From Octopus sinensis (lineage: Eukaryota): a stretch of DNA of 64,000 nt. Position numbers and translations under genes: made by a program. The notes beneath the pieces were generated by a model. That model did no database searches. It worked only from the letters and a program-made list of their open reading frames with translations, and was not told the DNA's origin. Positions 13,112 to 27,794 of this stretch are shown here, one piece after another (positions within the stretch are counted from its first letter, which is position 1; the number at the start of each line of letters is the position of its first letter). The DNA is taken from assembly GCF_006345805.1 (NCBI RefSeq), contig NC_043002.1, positions 35,278,001 to 35,342,000 of the forward strand, given 5' to 3'.

Positions 13112-14769
13112 CTGTAAATATTTGAGATGAATTATTGTTATTAAGGTTATAATTTTTTTACTATTGACCTCATGATTAGAGATGAGCTATTGTTTAATAT
13201 TGATATCTACACTAAATTTCAATCAGCTTGATCTCTGGTCACCATCAGGTACCTTATTCCTGGATGTGTGTCTCAATGGCACAGTGGATAATACTGTTAC
13301 TATTTTAGTTTAGAAATAAAAGCTCTTTGTTGAAATCTAGTTAGGCACTATGCACATATGTAAGAATAAAACATCTATGTAATGACAATTGGAGATCAAA
13401 TCAACTGAAACATAGTGCAGATGTCAATAGCAAAACATTTTTACATTGCCAAGGAAGTTAATAGAAAAATTATAATATCTAATTACAGTTCTTTAAATCT
13501 GCCAACTGACTGTGATCATGAAATAAGTTAGAAAAACTCCTGAAAACTTTCAGTCATATTCCTAGGTTCTCTGGGCCTAACTAGTTATATGCTAATGAGG
13601 AAGTCTAATGCACCATTTTCCATGCATATCTTTTCTCCTTAAACTTCTTTTCTCTTAACTAAATATAACAAAACTTCATAAAATAACCATTTCCCTGTAT
13701 TCTTTGGTATTTTTAATATTTGGCATTTAACAATGTAAGGTTTAACCTAACTTCTTTAAAGGCACACCTCTTACTAGTCAAAGCTTATAGCCTGTTTAAA
13801 ATATAAGTATATATTGAAATGGTTCCCTGCTATTTTTTTCTATTTATGAATAAAGCTTGAAGGAAGTGATTGGAAGATGAAATGGCATTTGTAGCACTGA
13901 TGCATTTTCAAGTCATTAGCATTATAAATGCAGTGAAATAGCTAATTCTGAGAATAAATCTAGGTCATGAATTTAGATCACACAGAGTGATTCTTTGCAC
14001 CACACTATAGCATTTGCCTTTTGACCAAATTTCCAATAAAATGCTAAATTAATTTTGTTTCCAGCCAAGGAAGTCGGAGGTCAAAAAAGAAATTTTCTGA
14101 ATATAATATCTTCTAAATGTATCATGTACTCTAGTATCAGTAAAAATTGCAAAAGATGTCTCCAGAAGTTCATAACAAATGAAATTGTTCTGAGTCATCT
14201 CTTTGCTATAATTTACTGTAAATAGAATAGTAGATAAGACTGACTGATCAAAGATTTCATTTCAAAACTATTGATTGACATTTGTTGTTATCCATTTTAT
14301 ATAAAAATGAAATAAAGCTGAAATAACTTTTCCCTGATTGTTCACTTAAATAAAAAAAAAGTATGGAAATGATACACTCATTATATAATAAATTTTCTTT
14401 TAATCATTTGAGGCCAAAGTAGTAGAAGGGACAAAAGGTAGAGTGAGCAGAGTGAAGAGGTAGCACACCTGTGAGCTGGAGGTTGGTGTTCATGAGCAAC
14501 TCCATATCAATCAGTTGGATGGTGAATGTTTGGACGGTGCTGTGGTAAAGTAGTTACCCACATCAGACTAGTATCCAGAATTCAATTACTCTGGCCTGAT
14601 ATTATGTCTATGTACATTACAAATGCAGAGAATGTCACTAAGGAGTAGCTAGGAAGCAGTGCTACTAAAAGAAAAGAAGCAATAATTCAAAAAAGTGTGA
14701 CTTGCACTGGTCTAGAAAGTGATATAGCAAAGAAGATGAGGAGAGGAAAAAAGCATATAAATCAAATGG

Positions 14770-15073
14770 ATATCTTGATTTTTTTATTTTTCATGCAATT
14801 TGCGCATGCTTGCACGCGTGGTGAACACAGTTCACGTCAAACAGCTGACTGAGTAAAGTTCACTATTCAATGCATGGGATAAGGCCTAAACAAACACATT
14901 ATCGATTTTTGCACTTGCGAGATGAATTTCGGAACAGAAATAGCACAGTTCAATTTTCATTCGCCTAAACTTTAAGTGACCCATTTTTGGTGCTTCTACG
15001 ATTTGTTGGCTAGGAGAAGATGTGCCGGGAAGTTAAACACACAGACACACAAGTTTAGTTTTATATATATAGA
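14770..15073 (-). mobile_element. 5' fragment of a non-autonomous Helitron-like element
   Basis: Minus strand begins A|TCTATATATATAAAACTAAACTTGTGTGTCTGTGTG, a typical Helitron 5' end, and is CpG-rich relative to flanks. No 3' hairpin or CTAG found. Confidence 0.5.
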
Positions 15074-16309
15074 TTACTGTATTTTTAGTTGATTAAAACC
15101 CTCTAAATTTAGATATTCCAGTTTGGGTTTATAACAGAAACTAAACATTCTGTGCTCTGTCAGCAAAAGATCTCTGTTCTTACCTTCATATAAAGGAGGT
15201 GGATCTTAATATTTATCTTAAGATAAGAAAATTGCAGCATTTGTAGAACACAAACAAGATTCTTCAAAGAAATCAGCAACTCATCTACTCATTCACTGTC
15301 ATTTTCATCTGGGTAACAACCATTGTAATTTTTAGTTACTGGCTAATATATATCAGACATGTCACCCAAATCTGAAATGTATGTATATAATAATTGACAA
15401 TTGGGACATTTATGCCATTCTCAAAGATATCTATGGTATAAGTATAATAAACAACTTGTAAAAAATGTTGACTTGCTGGGTACTGAACTCACTATAATAT
15501 GCTTACCGCACCTACTTGAAATATTGTCCTTTGTAGCAATCTGTTGCATTCAAATTGGAAAGAAATTCATAAAAAATACTGAATCATACAACAGAATCTA
15601 AATCCAAAATGTTCTTAATAATGGGTTAAAATATAATGTAATAGATTAACAACATTCAATGTTTATATAGGACAATTTTTCCCAAGTGCAAACATTTAAT
15701 ATATTCACAGTAGTTTATTGGGAAAATATTCCAAAAAAAATAATATATGATACTTTTATTGAGAAATATATCTTTCTAAAAACAAGCAGTAAAATACAAT
15801 CAATATTTTTCTTCACAATGTGATAAAGAGCAGACAGAAAAAATAATGTATTATAAGCCTATATTTTAAGTTAATATTCCATAGGGGCTTGCTCATCCCT
15901 CTAAGGGCAATAAAATGAGTACTGGTTATAAAGGTTCATTAATTCTATCACATATTGCTCCAATATGCCAACTGAAGGGGTGTATTAAAATATAAATATC
16001 AATATTTCTTGGTAATCAGGTCTCATAGCACAAATACACTTCTACATCAAATGCAAGAAGTCAGTCAGTTTTAAATATTTTGTTCTATTCTTTGTCTAAG
16101 AAATAAGATAGTGTGTGTGTGTAGTACATTCCCACACTCTGTCATGGCCATCCTTATCTCCCTTCTTGCTACTCTCACCCACCCTCACATAATGTGGGGT
16201 AGTCATGTCTCCTTTAAACTAAAGCACCTGTGCTTGTCCTACTAAACATACTATACTTTACCCAGCTCCCTCTCTCTCAAATAAATTTTTTTCCCTTTTC
16301 CTTTTTCTT

Positions 16310-16541
16310 GCAAGATACTTGGCAACCTCACTAGTGCTGGTCACATAAAAAACAAAAAAAAGTACCCAGTTCACACTGTAAAGTGGTCAGTGTAAAGAAG
16401 AGCATCCAGCTGTAGAAACTATACCAAAGACAAAATGGGGAGGGGTAACACAGTTCTGCAGAGCATCAGGCCGTCAAACTGTCTAATGCATTCCAGTATG
16501 GAAAATAGGCATTGAATGATGATGATAATGATGATGATGAT
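16310..16541 (+). mobile_element. RTE 3' tail fragment ending in (GAT)n
   Basis: GAAGAGCATCCAGCTGTAGAAAC...CCAGTATGGAAAA...(GAT)n, the same tail as the young RTE. Confidence 0.6.
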
Positions 16542-19500
16542 TAAAACTAAGACGATGGATTTAAACTAAATCATCATATTCAAATTTCAAAGCCACAAGG
16601 AACCAAAATGAACAAGATTACAGATAAATATAGGCGTTGTCATTAATGTAAAAAAATTCCAATCTCTACACTGATAAATTTTTAAATAGCTTCTCTGTTA
16701 TATATAATACAAAAAGAAAAAAAACAAAACAAAACAGGATGCCAAAACTTGGAGGTTGGTTTTGGCAAATTAATAAGCAGAGCTGGAACTATATAGACTG
16801 ACTAATATATTATCTTAATGCTACTTGTTCAGCTGATAAAAAATATTGATAGAAGCTTTTATTTTTATTTATTTATTATTTTTAGTTAATAATATTACAT
16901 TACTAAACACCATGTTTTCGGATTTACTTATATCATTATTTTAATAGTAACACCAATCTTCCTGCAATTTCAGTTATAAGTCATGATATAACCAGTGGTG
17001 GTAGTGGTGGTGGGATTGGATCTGTGTGATATGAAAATATTTTGAGTGAAAAGTATTGTCCCAGGATAAAATTTATTCCATTTTATTCATAATTTTGAAG
17101 TTAAATTTACTTTCATCAACCTTACAATTATCTCACATTAAAGAATAGTAAGATGGAAAGTGTAGGTGTTAAAGGAAACATGTCAAGGTTTTTTTTTTCA
17201 TGCCATTGAGATAGTGCTAACTACATATGAGGAGAGCTGAAGAACAGAGTTCTATGTGGCATATATCCATAAGTTACTTTTTTTTTCTTTTATCTAAGAC
17301 TTTTATTTGAAGATCCAGCAGTCTATTTCAACTTATCGCAGTTTTGATAGTGTTAAATAGCTAAGAGACATATCTCTTCTTTGATAAGAAATACACAGGA
17401 GGATTTTAGCGCACCACTCATTAGATAATTCTAACACTACTAATAAGAGTTAATTGTATCTATTCAGATTTATATGTGTATTTTAGGATCACAGTGATAG
17501 GGGGTTACAAAATTTTAATCCTGCATTTATTAAGCTATGCTGTTTGTTCATCCAGCTACAACACTTGCTGATTTAGTACAAGTAATTTGATTATATACCA
17601 TATTTCCATTATTTTCTGCAGTGCTATTGGTTCTTTGATTTTGTTAAAATATCTATAAATATGATTAGATTAGAAAAGAGAACTCAAGATCTATACGATT
17701 ATATATATATATATATATAGATATTTCTTGTTTTTCAATAAGTATTTTGTTGCTTGATTTACTTTAGTCTAACTATATAATAGGTAGACATTATTTGAAA
17801 ATTATACTTGCAGCAGAATATAATTTGAACAGGAAGCAATTTGTGCTATATAGTGGGATGAAACCTAAACCCACATGTTTCTATAACAAACATCATAATC
17901 ATTCAATGATACTTGCATCCTATGACATATATTTTTGCATCTGTCTAGCTAAACACCACACCACAACTGCCAAAATCTAAGGATTTATTATTATTTTTAT
18001 TTTTTTTATTCAAGAGGAAGGAGAACATCAGCCATGACCTTTGTAAGATTTCCCAAACAAGTAGGACTGATATGATTGGTTACTTGTTGAGGTTATCTAT
18101 ACAGATATTCTATAGAAATTATAGCCAGCACTGATTTTTGTTATGAGGTTTTGTATACAAGACGTCAGATGTAAACAAACAATGAAATTGAAGACGAAAA
18201 ATGTAATGGGTGTATATGCCATAGTTTGGGGCTTTTGCCCCTTCATCAGCACCCATCTAACCTATTTAATAGAGGGTTACAAAATTTTAACCCTACATTT
18301 ATTAAGCTATGCTGTTTGTTCATCCAGTTACCTTGCTTAAATAGCGAGAGATTGATATTTAACTTAAACTTTTATAATGATTGAGAGAAAACATTTGGGA
18401 GTGCCATCCATAAAATACAGTAGCTGAATGATTGCTGGCATAATTAATACAGAGAACAAAACTATTTCAATTAGCTAAAATTACTGCTGTGATAAAGAGA
18501 GGGAAAATACGCTCAATGACTAACATTAATGAAATTTAGTCAAGGAAAAAGATTAATAATTCCAAAATTTTGATAAATTAAAATTGGAATTATGCATTGA
18601 GAAGAAAGCCTTATTTTGAGGAGTAATATTACTTTTATCTTTTTTTTTTTTTTGCAATCACAGTTGCAGTTCATTCAAAGATATCTTTATTGATTTCTTA
18701 GTTAAGTTGAATTTGTTAATGTGAATTGCAAAAAGGGGTTAAATTTTATATAGTATAAGTATTTACTGAAAGTCATTGTTAGCGGATGCATTAAAATATA
18801 AATTTATTGGTTGAAAAGTGTCACATGTAAAGGTTTGTCACAAACAAATTGTGTCAAATGCAAAGGTTTAAATCTCAATGACTCATTCAAGCTAGCTGTA
18901 ATTACATACTGTGCAGAGTCATAGCTCACTGCTCTAAGAAAGGAGGCAATTTGCAGCTGCACAGTGCTAGTTTGTATACATACACACCAACTTATACTAA
19001 GAGATCTTGTATTAAGATCTTTTAAGTGGGTATGAAAGTGCAACTAGGAAAATTTCCTTTTTTTTAAAAGTTTCTATTCCAAGTGTCACATGTGTTTATC
19101 ATGCTCTTAGCAGCAGGGCTCTCACCAGTTGTCTGGGGTAAGTTAAGAGAAAGTTGGCATCCTGTTACTCACTAAAGAGAGTTGCCATCATTTTTTCTCT
19201 CTATGTAGTGCTTACACACATCTTTTTTTGTGAGATCTTTATGTGGGCTACAAAAGAAATGACAGTGACTACTAGTGGAACTTACATATTTAGAGCAGCC
19301 TCCATAAATTGTATTTTGAGTTTTGAAAACAATCAATCATTTTTGATGAAAAATTCACAACTAAAGTTTTGATTCCCAGTAATATATATTTGAGTTTATA
19401 TCATTGAGGATATGGACTTCACAGCTTCTATTTTCTCACTTCTGGTCCAATGAGCAGCTGCAAAATATAAGCAGCTAAGAACAATGAACACATTTTTGAT

Positions 19501-20499
19501 GTTTAATACATTATTCCACCTGCATGTGAAACAAAATTATTTTTGTATCATCCCTCACTTATATCCACTTTGAAGCTTTTTTTAAAAATTTATTTTCTTT
19601 CATATACTTCATTTCTGCCTTCAGAGGAAAGAAATGACTTTAAATATTTGTTTTAAACATAAATTTTATAATATACTGGAATGTATATTATTTTTCTACA
19701 AAATAATTATTTTTCTATTGAAATGGATCCTACAATGTACCATATTGATTCCAATCCATCATTCAAATGCTAATTTAGAATGTTTTTATCTCAGTGTGGT
19801 CTTTTGTTGATACAATCTTTAAGAGAGCATGATTCATAATAGTCTTTTTTTATATCCTTGTGTTGTTTACTCTTGAACTAACCATATGTCATTCATAAAT
19901 TATTTGTCAACCATCCATTAACTGCAGCAGTATTTCAAGCCCACCCCAACTTCAAAATAAAGTGTACTGTTTCTTTTCAACTCCAATAGATTTCCTAGTA
20001 TAAGTAAGCTGGGATGTCTTTACAATTGAAAAGATTTTATATTTTTTAAAGTTTTATTCAATCTGTAAGGCAACTAGTCCTCTCTAGTATGTCCAATGAT
20101 ATTGTTCTACATTTTCTTCAACTTGTGACAACCATCTGTTCACAGCTCTCTCAGAGCTAGCATTGTTCATTGTCAACATATGCCCAAATCCTTGTTGCTG
20201 CATCTATGCTATTATATACTCTCATTCTAATATCCAATTTCTTTCTCAGTCTAACTGCCTTCAGGGTTATATGAGATGCAAATCATATTAAAAATTTCAG
20301 TAAAAGTTTTACTTTCATTACTCAGGTCTTGTTGACATACAACTTTTTATTTATTCATCTATTTAATACAGGGTACCTACAATTTTTTCCAGGCACTAAT
20401 GTCACCAGTTACAACTCAATCAGAGTCAGCAGCCATTAGATATCATAAATAAAAGAATTTGTCTGCTATCTTTTGCCTTGTTGTTTACTTAAGTCAGCC

Positions 20500-22270
20500 C
20501 TAACTGAGTAGAACTATGATTAAAGATATTACAACCATGGCTGTCCTGCTTTTTTTAAGAATGTAGTGTATCCAGGACTAAGGTGTATCTTATTTTTCTT
20601 TAAGCCTGTAACATGTAATCTGAGGAAGGTTTGACTGGTGTTTCTTCTACCAGGTTTAACAACCACATAGAACTCTCTTCATTGGCTCATCCTTTTCTTT
20701 GTTTCATTATCATCAATTTATATCTGTTTTTTTCATGCTGGTCTTTTACAGTATCTTATCTCATATTGCAGTCCCTTGTCCTGTCTTTTGTGAGTTTCAG
20801 CATTCTGAGATCAACATTCTTCATGGCTTCTGAAATCCTCCTCTTAAGCAAACTTCTTTCACTTTGGTTGTTTAACTCTTCTTCACTCAGCTGCCATCCT
20901 CTGTAGACATTCTGTCTGTACTAGTTTAATGACACTATAGCTGGTTTCTCTAATACTTTTTTCTTTCAGTTTATGGCTTAGCTATCATTCATGCATGCTT
21001 AAGTTACTCATCCAGCAGAGTATGCTTGCTTCAGTTTCTTTCTAGCTTGTTCATATCTTCTCCATCCAGTGTCCTCATCTTGTTACCATGCAATATTGTG
21101 CTTCACACAAATGTACCATAATCTGCCTTTCACTTGAAAAGAGAACCATTTGTTGTCAAGTAGATATTATAAGTCTGAACTTTTCTCACCTAATCCTAAC
21201 TCTTGCTACTATGCATTTACAACCCCCACCCCCTTGCTGATTAGTTACCTAGATAACATAGACAACGAACAACTTCTAATAGGTCTTCAGACCAGATGAA
21301 TGATTGCATTTCATAAGTGCTCTTGCCATTAACTATTTCTGTGTATCTGTTATATATTATATATATCAGCTTAATAGAGATCCTACTGAAGCTTTTCTGC
21401 ACCTCTAATTTACATTGGATACATGATAGAGACTTCTTGCCTATTCCTTTCAGAATATTGAGTATGTCCACTTTCTAGATATCAGTAGAGTTTTATTTTC
21501 TCTCCTATTTTGCTTGGTTGACTTTTAGGCCTCTCAATTCTAGGCCCTTCCATATTTTTGTTCCAATTCCTTGACTGATTCAGCTATGAGAACTAGGTCA
21601 TCAGCATATCAGTGCCTGGAGAACTATAGTAAACTGAGTCAATATAAACATCCAACTGCACAATAAATTTTTTTACTGAACTTGTTGTTATCTCATGCTG
21701 TTGATAACACCCTTGTACATAGCTTGTGTAGCCCACAAATCATTCATTTACACCCAGTATTCTTGGCGGCCTCCATGTTAAAAACATAGTACCTTATCAA
21801 AAGCTTCTTTCTGGTCAGAAACTGCTAGGTTTTGAGGTTCTGTAACTGTGTCTCACTAGAAAAACGGTTATTATTGGCAGTTTCAGATCCTGGTACAAAT
21901 CCAAATTGAATCTCACTCTCCAGTACATCATCTTTCATCTGGCTCCATCCACATGTCTGGATTATTGCAAGTTTTCTTGTACATGTCTTCTTCCACACAT
22001 CTTCTATGTCAGAAATTTCTATCTCTTCCTTACTTTCAACATAAGATTTATTTTGTACTTTTTTGAACTTATATACAGTAAGGAGACCTTCAACTTCCAT
22101 ATTTTCCTTCTCTTGTTTGTCTAGTGTCTCTAAGATCATCTAGCTCTTATTTGGATGCCACTAACCAGTAATTAATATTCACAACAGCTTTCTATCCTGT
22201 TTCCTAGATAGCATTAAGTCTATCTGATTTTACTTGTGCACATTAAGATTTTATTTTCCAAATTTCTCTT
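20500..22270 (-). mobile_element. Decayed RTE LINE (RT domain and 3' region)
   Basis: ORF 21825-22139 contains EIQFGFVPGSETA (RTE MQFGFMPGRGTTDA motif); LVLIADDL-like and finger-region remnants at ~21300-21620. Many stops. Confidence 0.8.
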
Positions 22271-24097
22271 CTAAATAAAAAATATGTTATGCATGCAGGA
22301 TATATTATATTTTTTACTCATTACAATGTTTTAATGGATACACTGGACTATAAAAAATGCTTGAAAATATTTTAATTTTATTTTAATATCTATGTGTAAA
22401 ATGCTTTACTATAAACAGTCAATAAAAAATATAGAATTCAACTAAAGATTTTAAGTTCTTGAATGTAAATTGTAAAATCTGTGTGTCTAGAGAGAGAGTG
22501 AGGGAGACATTATCATTATAAACTCAAACATGTATACATATTAGAATTATAAAATTGATTCTTTGTATATAATGATTGTGCTAAAGAAATCGCCTAACAC
22601 TATTACACTATTACAGTTTAGTACAAAAATACCATTACTCTTCATTTGTTAAAATTATACCTTGAAAACCTTACCAACCATTTCTGGGTGGCTTAAAACA
22701 ATATATGAAAATGAAATAAAATACATAAAGCAATGTGTTCATCTAGTTACAGGAATTTATGAATCTCATAATTCTTAGCTCAAATATAGTGAGGTACAGT
22801 GATTGAGGTTAAGGTATTTATCTATTGATCAACTTATTATTATAACATTGCTGCATCTTTAGGCAAAATACACAAATGCTTGGCATGTTGTCAACAACTC
22901 ATACACTTACTTTAGGGGCTAGTAGTAGTAGTAAGATTATTCCTCAATAAAAATCAACTGCTCTAGCATTTTGAAAATGTCCAAATTTGCATAAATCCTT
23001 CCACCCGTGCATACATAAATAAAATGATGATAATATTGCAATAAACAATACAAGTGGTGAGTCATCCAATGGGCAAATGTCAATATCAATAATATAGCCC
23101 ACGATCTAATGACAATCAGAAACATATGAACTGACTTGTTTTTACATACAGTCACAATAAATTGCGGTTAGTTTCCTGAATTTAGGGTGTCATGAATGGT
23201 TGCAGCATAAGTTCTCTCTTCAAAAGTTTACAAACAATCTCATTACAATATAATTATTTCTAACGTAGGCACATGGCCATAAATTTGGGTAATACTGTTT
23301 TATCAAAGAATAAACGATAAAGATGAGCCTAGCAGGATTTAAACTCAAAATATAAAGGGCTGTGGACTCAAAATGTAGAGAAACAATCTGAATGTAATAT
23401 AATGCCATATAATTTGTGATATATCATAAAAACTTCTTTACCTAATGCCATTTCACTAGTTGTATTATAAACATATACGCATTAAATTCTTGTCAAGCAG
23501 ATTAGTGGGTACAGATTAGTTGCCTGTATGGCATCTTTAAAGATGGTTGGAAAATGCAGTATCTCATACATTTAGTTTATGACCATTACTCGAATATTTA
23601 TTTTATCAATCTTTAAAATATAAGAGTCTATCTACAATAATCCTTGCAGAAATGTCAGGCTTCAAATAAACAATCTATTTTAGTACTTTCCAAACAAACC
23701 ACTATCCTGCTTTCGTAATTTAAACACAAATATATAGCAGTTATTTGTAACTTGATAATAACCTTTTATGTAGCTGAAGACATTATAATCTCCTGTTACA
23801 GTTATATTGTCAGCATGGTATTAATTTTGATGATATGATATTGTTCTTTGTTTTTTTTAAATTACTTTAGAATGCAAATACAAAAAAAAAGTTTATTTTA
23901 TGAGACAAAGAAAAACAACTAAAAGAACTATGAACCAGCTGTTATCATTGGCATCAGCATTGTATCGATATCTATGAGCATATAATGTAATAAAAAAGTT
24001 TTCTAAACCACAATTAAGGCAATCTCAACTGAACATAGTATTAAACTTAGGTATTTTAACTTTGATTGAACACATTTGTTAATATTTGGTTTAGTCT

Positions 24098-24309
24098 GTA
24101 AGAGCTGGCAGAATTGTTAGCATGCCAGACAAAATACTTGGTGCATTTCATCCATCTTTGCATTCTGAGTTCAAATTCCACTGAGCTTGACTCTGCCTTT
24201 CATCCTTTCAGCATCGATAAAATAAGTACCAGTTGAACATTGAGGTCAATATAATTGACTTAACCCCATCCCACCTGAACTTGCTGGCTTTTTACAAAAA
24301 TTTGAAACC
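24098..24309 (+). mobile_element. Nin/Deu-domain-type SINE with 17-bp TSD
   Basis: GAGCTGGCAGAATTGTTAGCATGCCAG head; core TGCCTTTCATCCTTTCAGCATCGATAAAATAAGTACCAG. TSD AATATTTGG(T/A)TTAGTCT at 24081-24097 and 24310-24326 (1 mismatch). Confidence 0.85.
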
Positions 24310-25902
24310 AATATTTGGATTAGTCTAGATTCCCAGCTTCCAGCCAGAGTGCTACATTTTGTTCTCAACATTGAAACTACACTTGAAAGTAGTGCTTTGG
24401 TATAGTCACAGATCATTGGTTGTAACCAGTAGAAGAGACTAGTAAATCATATACAAGTAGGACATACTTTTCATAACTTAGCACCTTGCTAATATCAACC
24501 ACTAAGTTAGTTTGATTTTCAGAAGATAGAATATAAGGAAGGGACAAATTATGTTGCATTTAGCACCAGAATCTTAAAGTCATCTTATAACCAGCTAGTA
24601 GTAGATAACTTACTCAATAGGACAGGTATGTTCATTATACAAGCTATGGTAGCTTATATCTTTAAGTATACATATGTAGCAATCAACAGAATTAAATAGA
24701 AGAGCCAATGTTAATTTAATTTAGAGAATCAATTAAAATTAAAAATAAAATTACAACTCCAGACACATTTCCATCTTATTGAACTGGAGTGAGTAATTAC
24801 TAAGGGTGCAATAAACTTGAGAAAAGGACCAGGGAAAAATATTTAGGGACATGCTCTGCATGAAAATCAAATAGTCAGCTTGGTACTAGCATATGAAATT
24901 TAGTGAAGGGAGAAATTTTGATTAAAATTACACCTGTAATGAGAAGAAAAAATCATTTGTTTAAGGATCAATTTTGGTTAAGAAAAACAAGAAAAGTAAC
25001 TCCAAAATTTCAATTAAAAATGATTAAAAATAGAATGTGGGCAATTCAGTGGGTAAGGAGTTTGGTAATTAAGATGACAATACCTAACATGTTCCATTCT
25101 TATAAGACCTCCACAGCAAAGTATATCCTTTAGCAACACTGCCATACAAAGATGACTTTATGTAGCAAGCTAAGAAATTTTAATTCAAAGTAAGATATTT
25201 CTCTTCACCATTAAAATTCATCAAAACTCCCTATATTACTGAATTAAATATGTTATCATTAACCGTTATCATGTGATTTTTAGGCAGAGCATGTCTCCAG
25301 ATATTTTTGTTAGGCCTCCTTTTCTTTTAGGTAATAGAGAATGGAGAACTGGCACATTTAGGTTTTCCTCAGTGCAGTTTAAACCAAGAATTAAGACCAA
25401 AACTTGCCAAGAGAATACCAATAATAAAAACTGCAAGTGATAAAGAAATATATATGAGGATTAGCAACAATCGCAGTAGCTATGGCAGAAATGGTATCAG
25501 TTTTGCAATATTTCTCAATCTACATTATTGATACAACCTCCCTGCCACCAAAAAAGAAAAAAGAAAAAAGAAAAACTATAATAACAATACATACTAACTT
25601 TATCATATTTTATTTAAGGCAAGTATTAAAACATTTGCCTCATGATGGAAGTAAATTGATCTCATAAGATTTTGGCGAACTTACACCAACTTGACGATAA
25701 ACATTATATTTACATCTAGACAGTAGTTAAAGAAAATGATTTTGGACAACTGCACTAACTTAATGATAAACATTATATATATATATTTATGCAGTAACTA
25801 AAAAAATGCAGTATAAAACAATATCAATATTTAAAAGAATCTGAAGTACAAATCTGCTCTAAATTTTCCATTTACCATTTATGGACATCATAAATTATTA
25901 TG

Positions 25903-26284
25903 TTTTACTTGTTCCAGTTACTGGACTGCAGTCACACTAGTCCGAGGGTTTTAGTTTAAAAAATTCAACCTCAGTACTTATTTTTAAAGTCTGGTACTTA
26001 GCCTATTTGTCTCTTTTGCTAAACTGTTAAGTCACAGGGACATAAACAAACAAACAACATGTTGTCAGGGGTTGGAGTAGATACAAGCACAAAGACACAC
26101 ATGCATATATATAGAAATACACAAACTTCTTTCAGTTTCCATCTACTAAATCCACTACAAGGCTTTAGTTGACCTAGGGCTATAGTAGAAGAAAACTTCC
26201 CCAAGGAGCCATGCAACAGGACTGAACCCAAAAACATGTGGTGAGGAAGCAAACTTCTTACCACACAACCATACCTGTGCCTAT
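25903..26284 (-). mobile_element. OR-type tRNA SINE (decayed)
   Basis: Aligns with the well-preserved copies at 34501-34895 and 60095-60460. Confidence 0.8.
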
Positions 26285-26762
26285 ATCATTATTAATTTAC
26301 TTCTTAATTATTTCTTGATAATTACTGTTTGACAAAAATTTCGCAAAAATGCTTATGGCGTAATATTTGTATGAAAATCCATTTTCCTTGGGACAGGTCA
26401 AAAATAAAATATGTACTTCCTCTTGATAATTCAACTGTTGAATAATTGTATGAAAACTTCATTCACTTATTTGCTTGTACCTTGACAAGATAGTTTTGAA
26501 GCAACTAAGCTAAGAATCTTATTTAATTTTGTATAATTTGTCATCAGCAATTATTGATAATTTATTATTTCCTGAAGATTATAATTTTCAAGAATATTTT
26601 ATGGTGATGATTGTTTGAGTATTTGTATGAAAATCCATTTTCCAAAGAACAGGTTAAAAAACTATTTATACTTTCTTGTTAACAAGGAACATAGTGACAA
26701 CTTCATTTTTAAATTGCCTCCATAAGAACCCTACTTCCATGCATACATACATACATACAATG

Positions 26763-27785
26763 ATTTGACTGTATCCCCTGTATCTGACAAGGAATGTTAC
26801 AGGTATCTAGGGGTGGATGAAAATATATCTTACAATAGCACCTGTAACAAAACACATATCACTAAAGAATATTACAGCCGAATAAAGAAAATTTGAACCT
26901 CAGAACTCTCTGCATTCGATAAAACAGTTGCCCACAATGTGCTTGCAGTGCCAGTACTTTGGGCTGCTTGATTGGATGCTTGATGAGATCCAAGCCATTG
27001 ATGTGAAAACCCGAAAAATATTAACAAGCACACATTCCACACAAACAATGATATAGACCGCCTCTACCTAAAATGAAAATAAGGCAGCAGAGGCTTAACA
27101 TCAATCCAAAATGCCTTTGAATGTCGCATCATATCTTTTTGGCAACATCTTTTAACCATCCAGTGTCAAAGACCTCAATAAAATGTAAGGACAACAGACC
27201 TGATATAATGATTTAGGATAAAAAAGAAACTGTGCACAGCTGTGGAAATTAGCTGCCCAGCAGATGTTAGCATAAAGCTGAAGATTAGTGAAAAAGAGAA
27301 CATCTATGTTGAACTACTGAGAAATCTACAGTTACTCTATCCAGATAACAAGTTCAGGTTTATACCTGTAAGTATTGGGGCCCTGGGATATGTAACACAC
27401 TGCCTAAATACCAATCTTGAGAAATTAGGCTTCTCAAAACCAGAAAGGAGAAAGCTAATTCAAAGGCTACAGATCCAATCAATCACTGGAACTGTAAAAA
27501 TCAATAAAACGTTCCAGAAATTTATCATTTAAAAATATATGAGCATGTCTAGATACAAAGCTATATGCATGAGAACACACACACACACACAAATACATAC
27601 ATACATACATACATACATACATACATACATACATACATACAAACAAACAAACAAACAAACAACAAACAAACAAACAAAAATACCCTGTTGTTGATGGTGA
27701 AATTTCAGTGAAGGAGCCTTGGATCTAGGTTAGAAATCAGTTCTTTCTCTACTGACAAGAAATCTTGAAATAAACTGAATTATGA
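26763..27785 (+). mobile_element. R4/Dong-like non-LTR element, internally deleted, with restriction-like endonuclease C-terminus and 3' UTR
   Basis: YRYLG and IDRLYL..GSRGL motifs (~26790-27110), then PDI-like AGACCTGATATAATG and ORF 27242-27532 (EISCPAD..K..EKENIY..L...IPVSIGALG..LQIQSITGT), the RLE signature. The CCHC knuckle is absent. Confidence 0.8.
27575..27680. repeat. Compound microsatellite (CA)n-(CATA)n-(CAAA)n
   Basis: Directly visible; lies inside the 3' UTR of the R4-like element. Confidence 0.95.
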
Positions 27786-27794
27786 TATACATAT

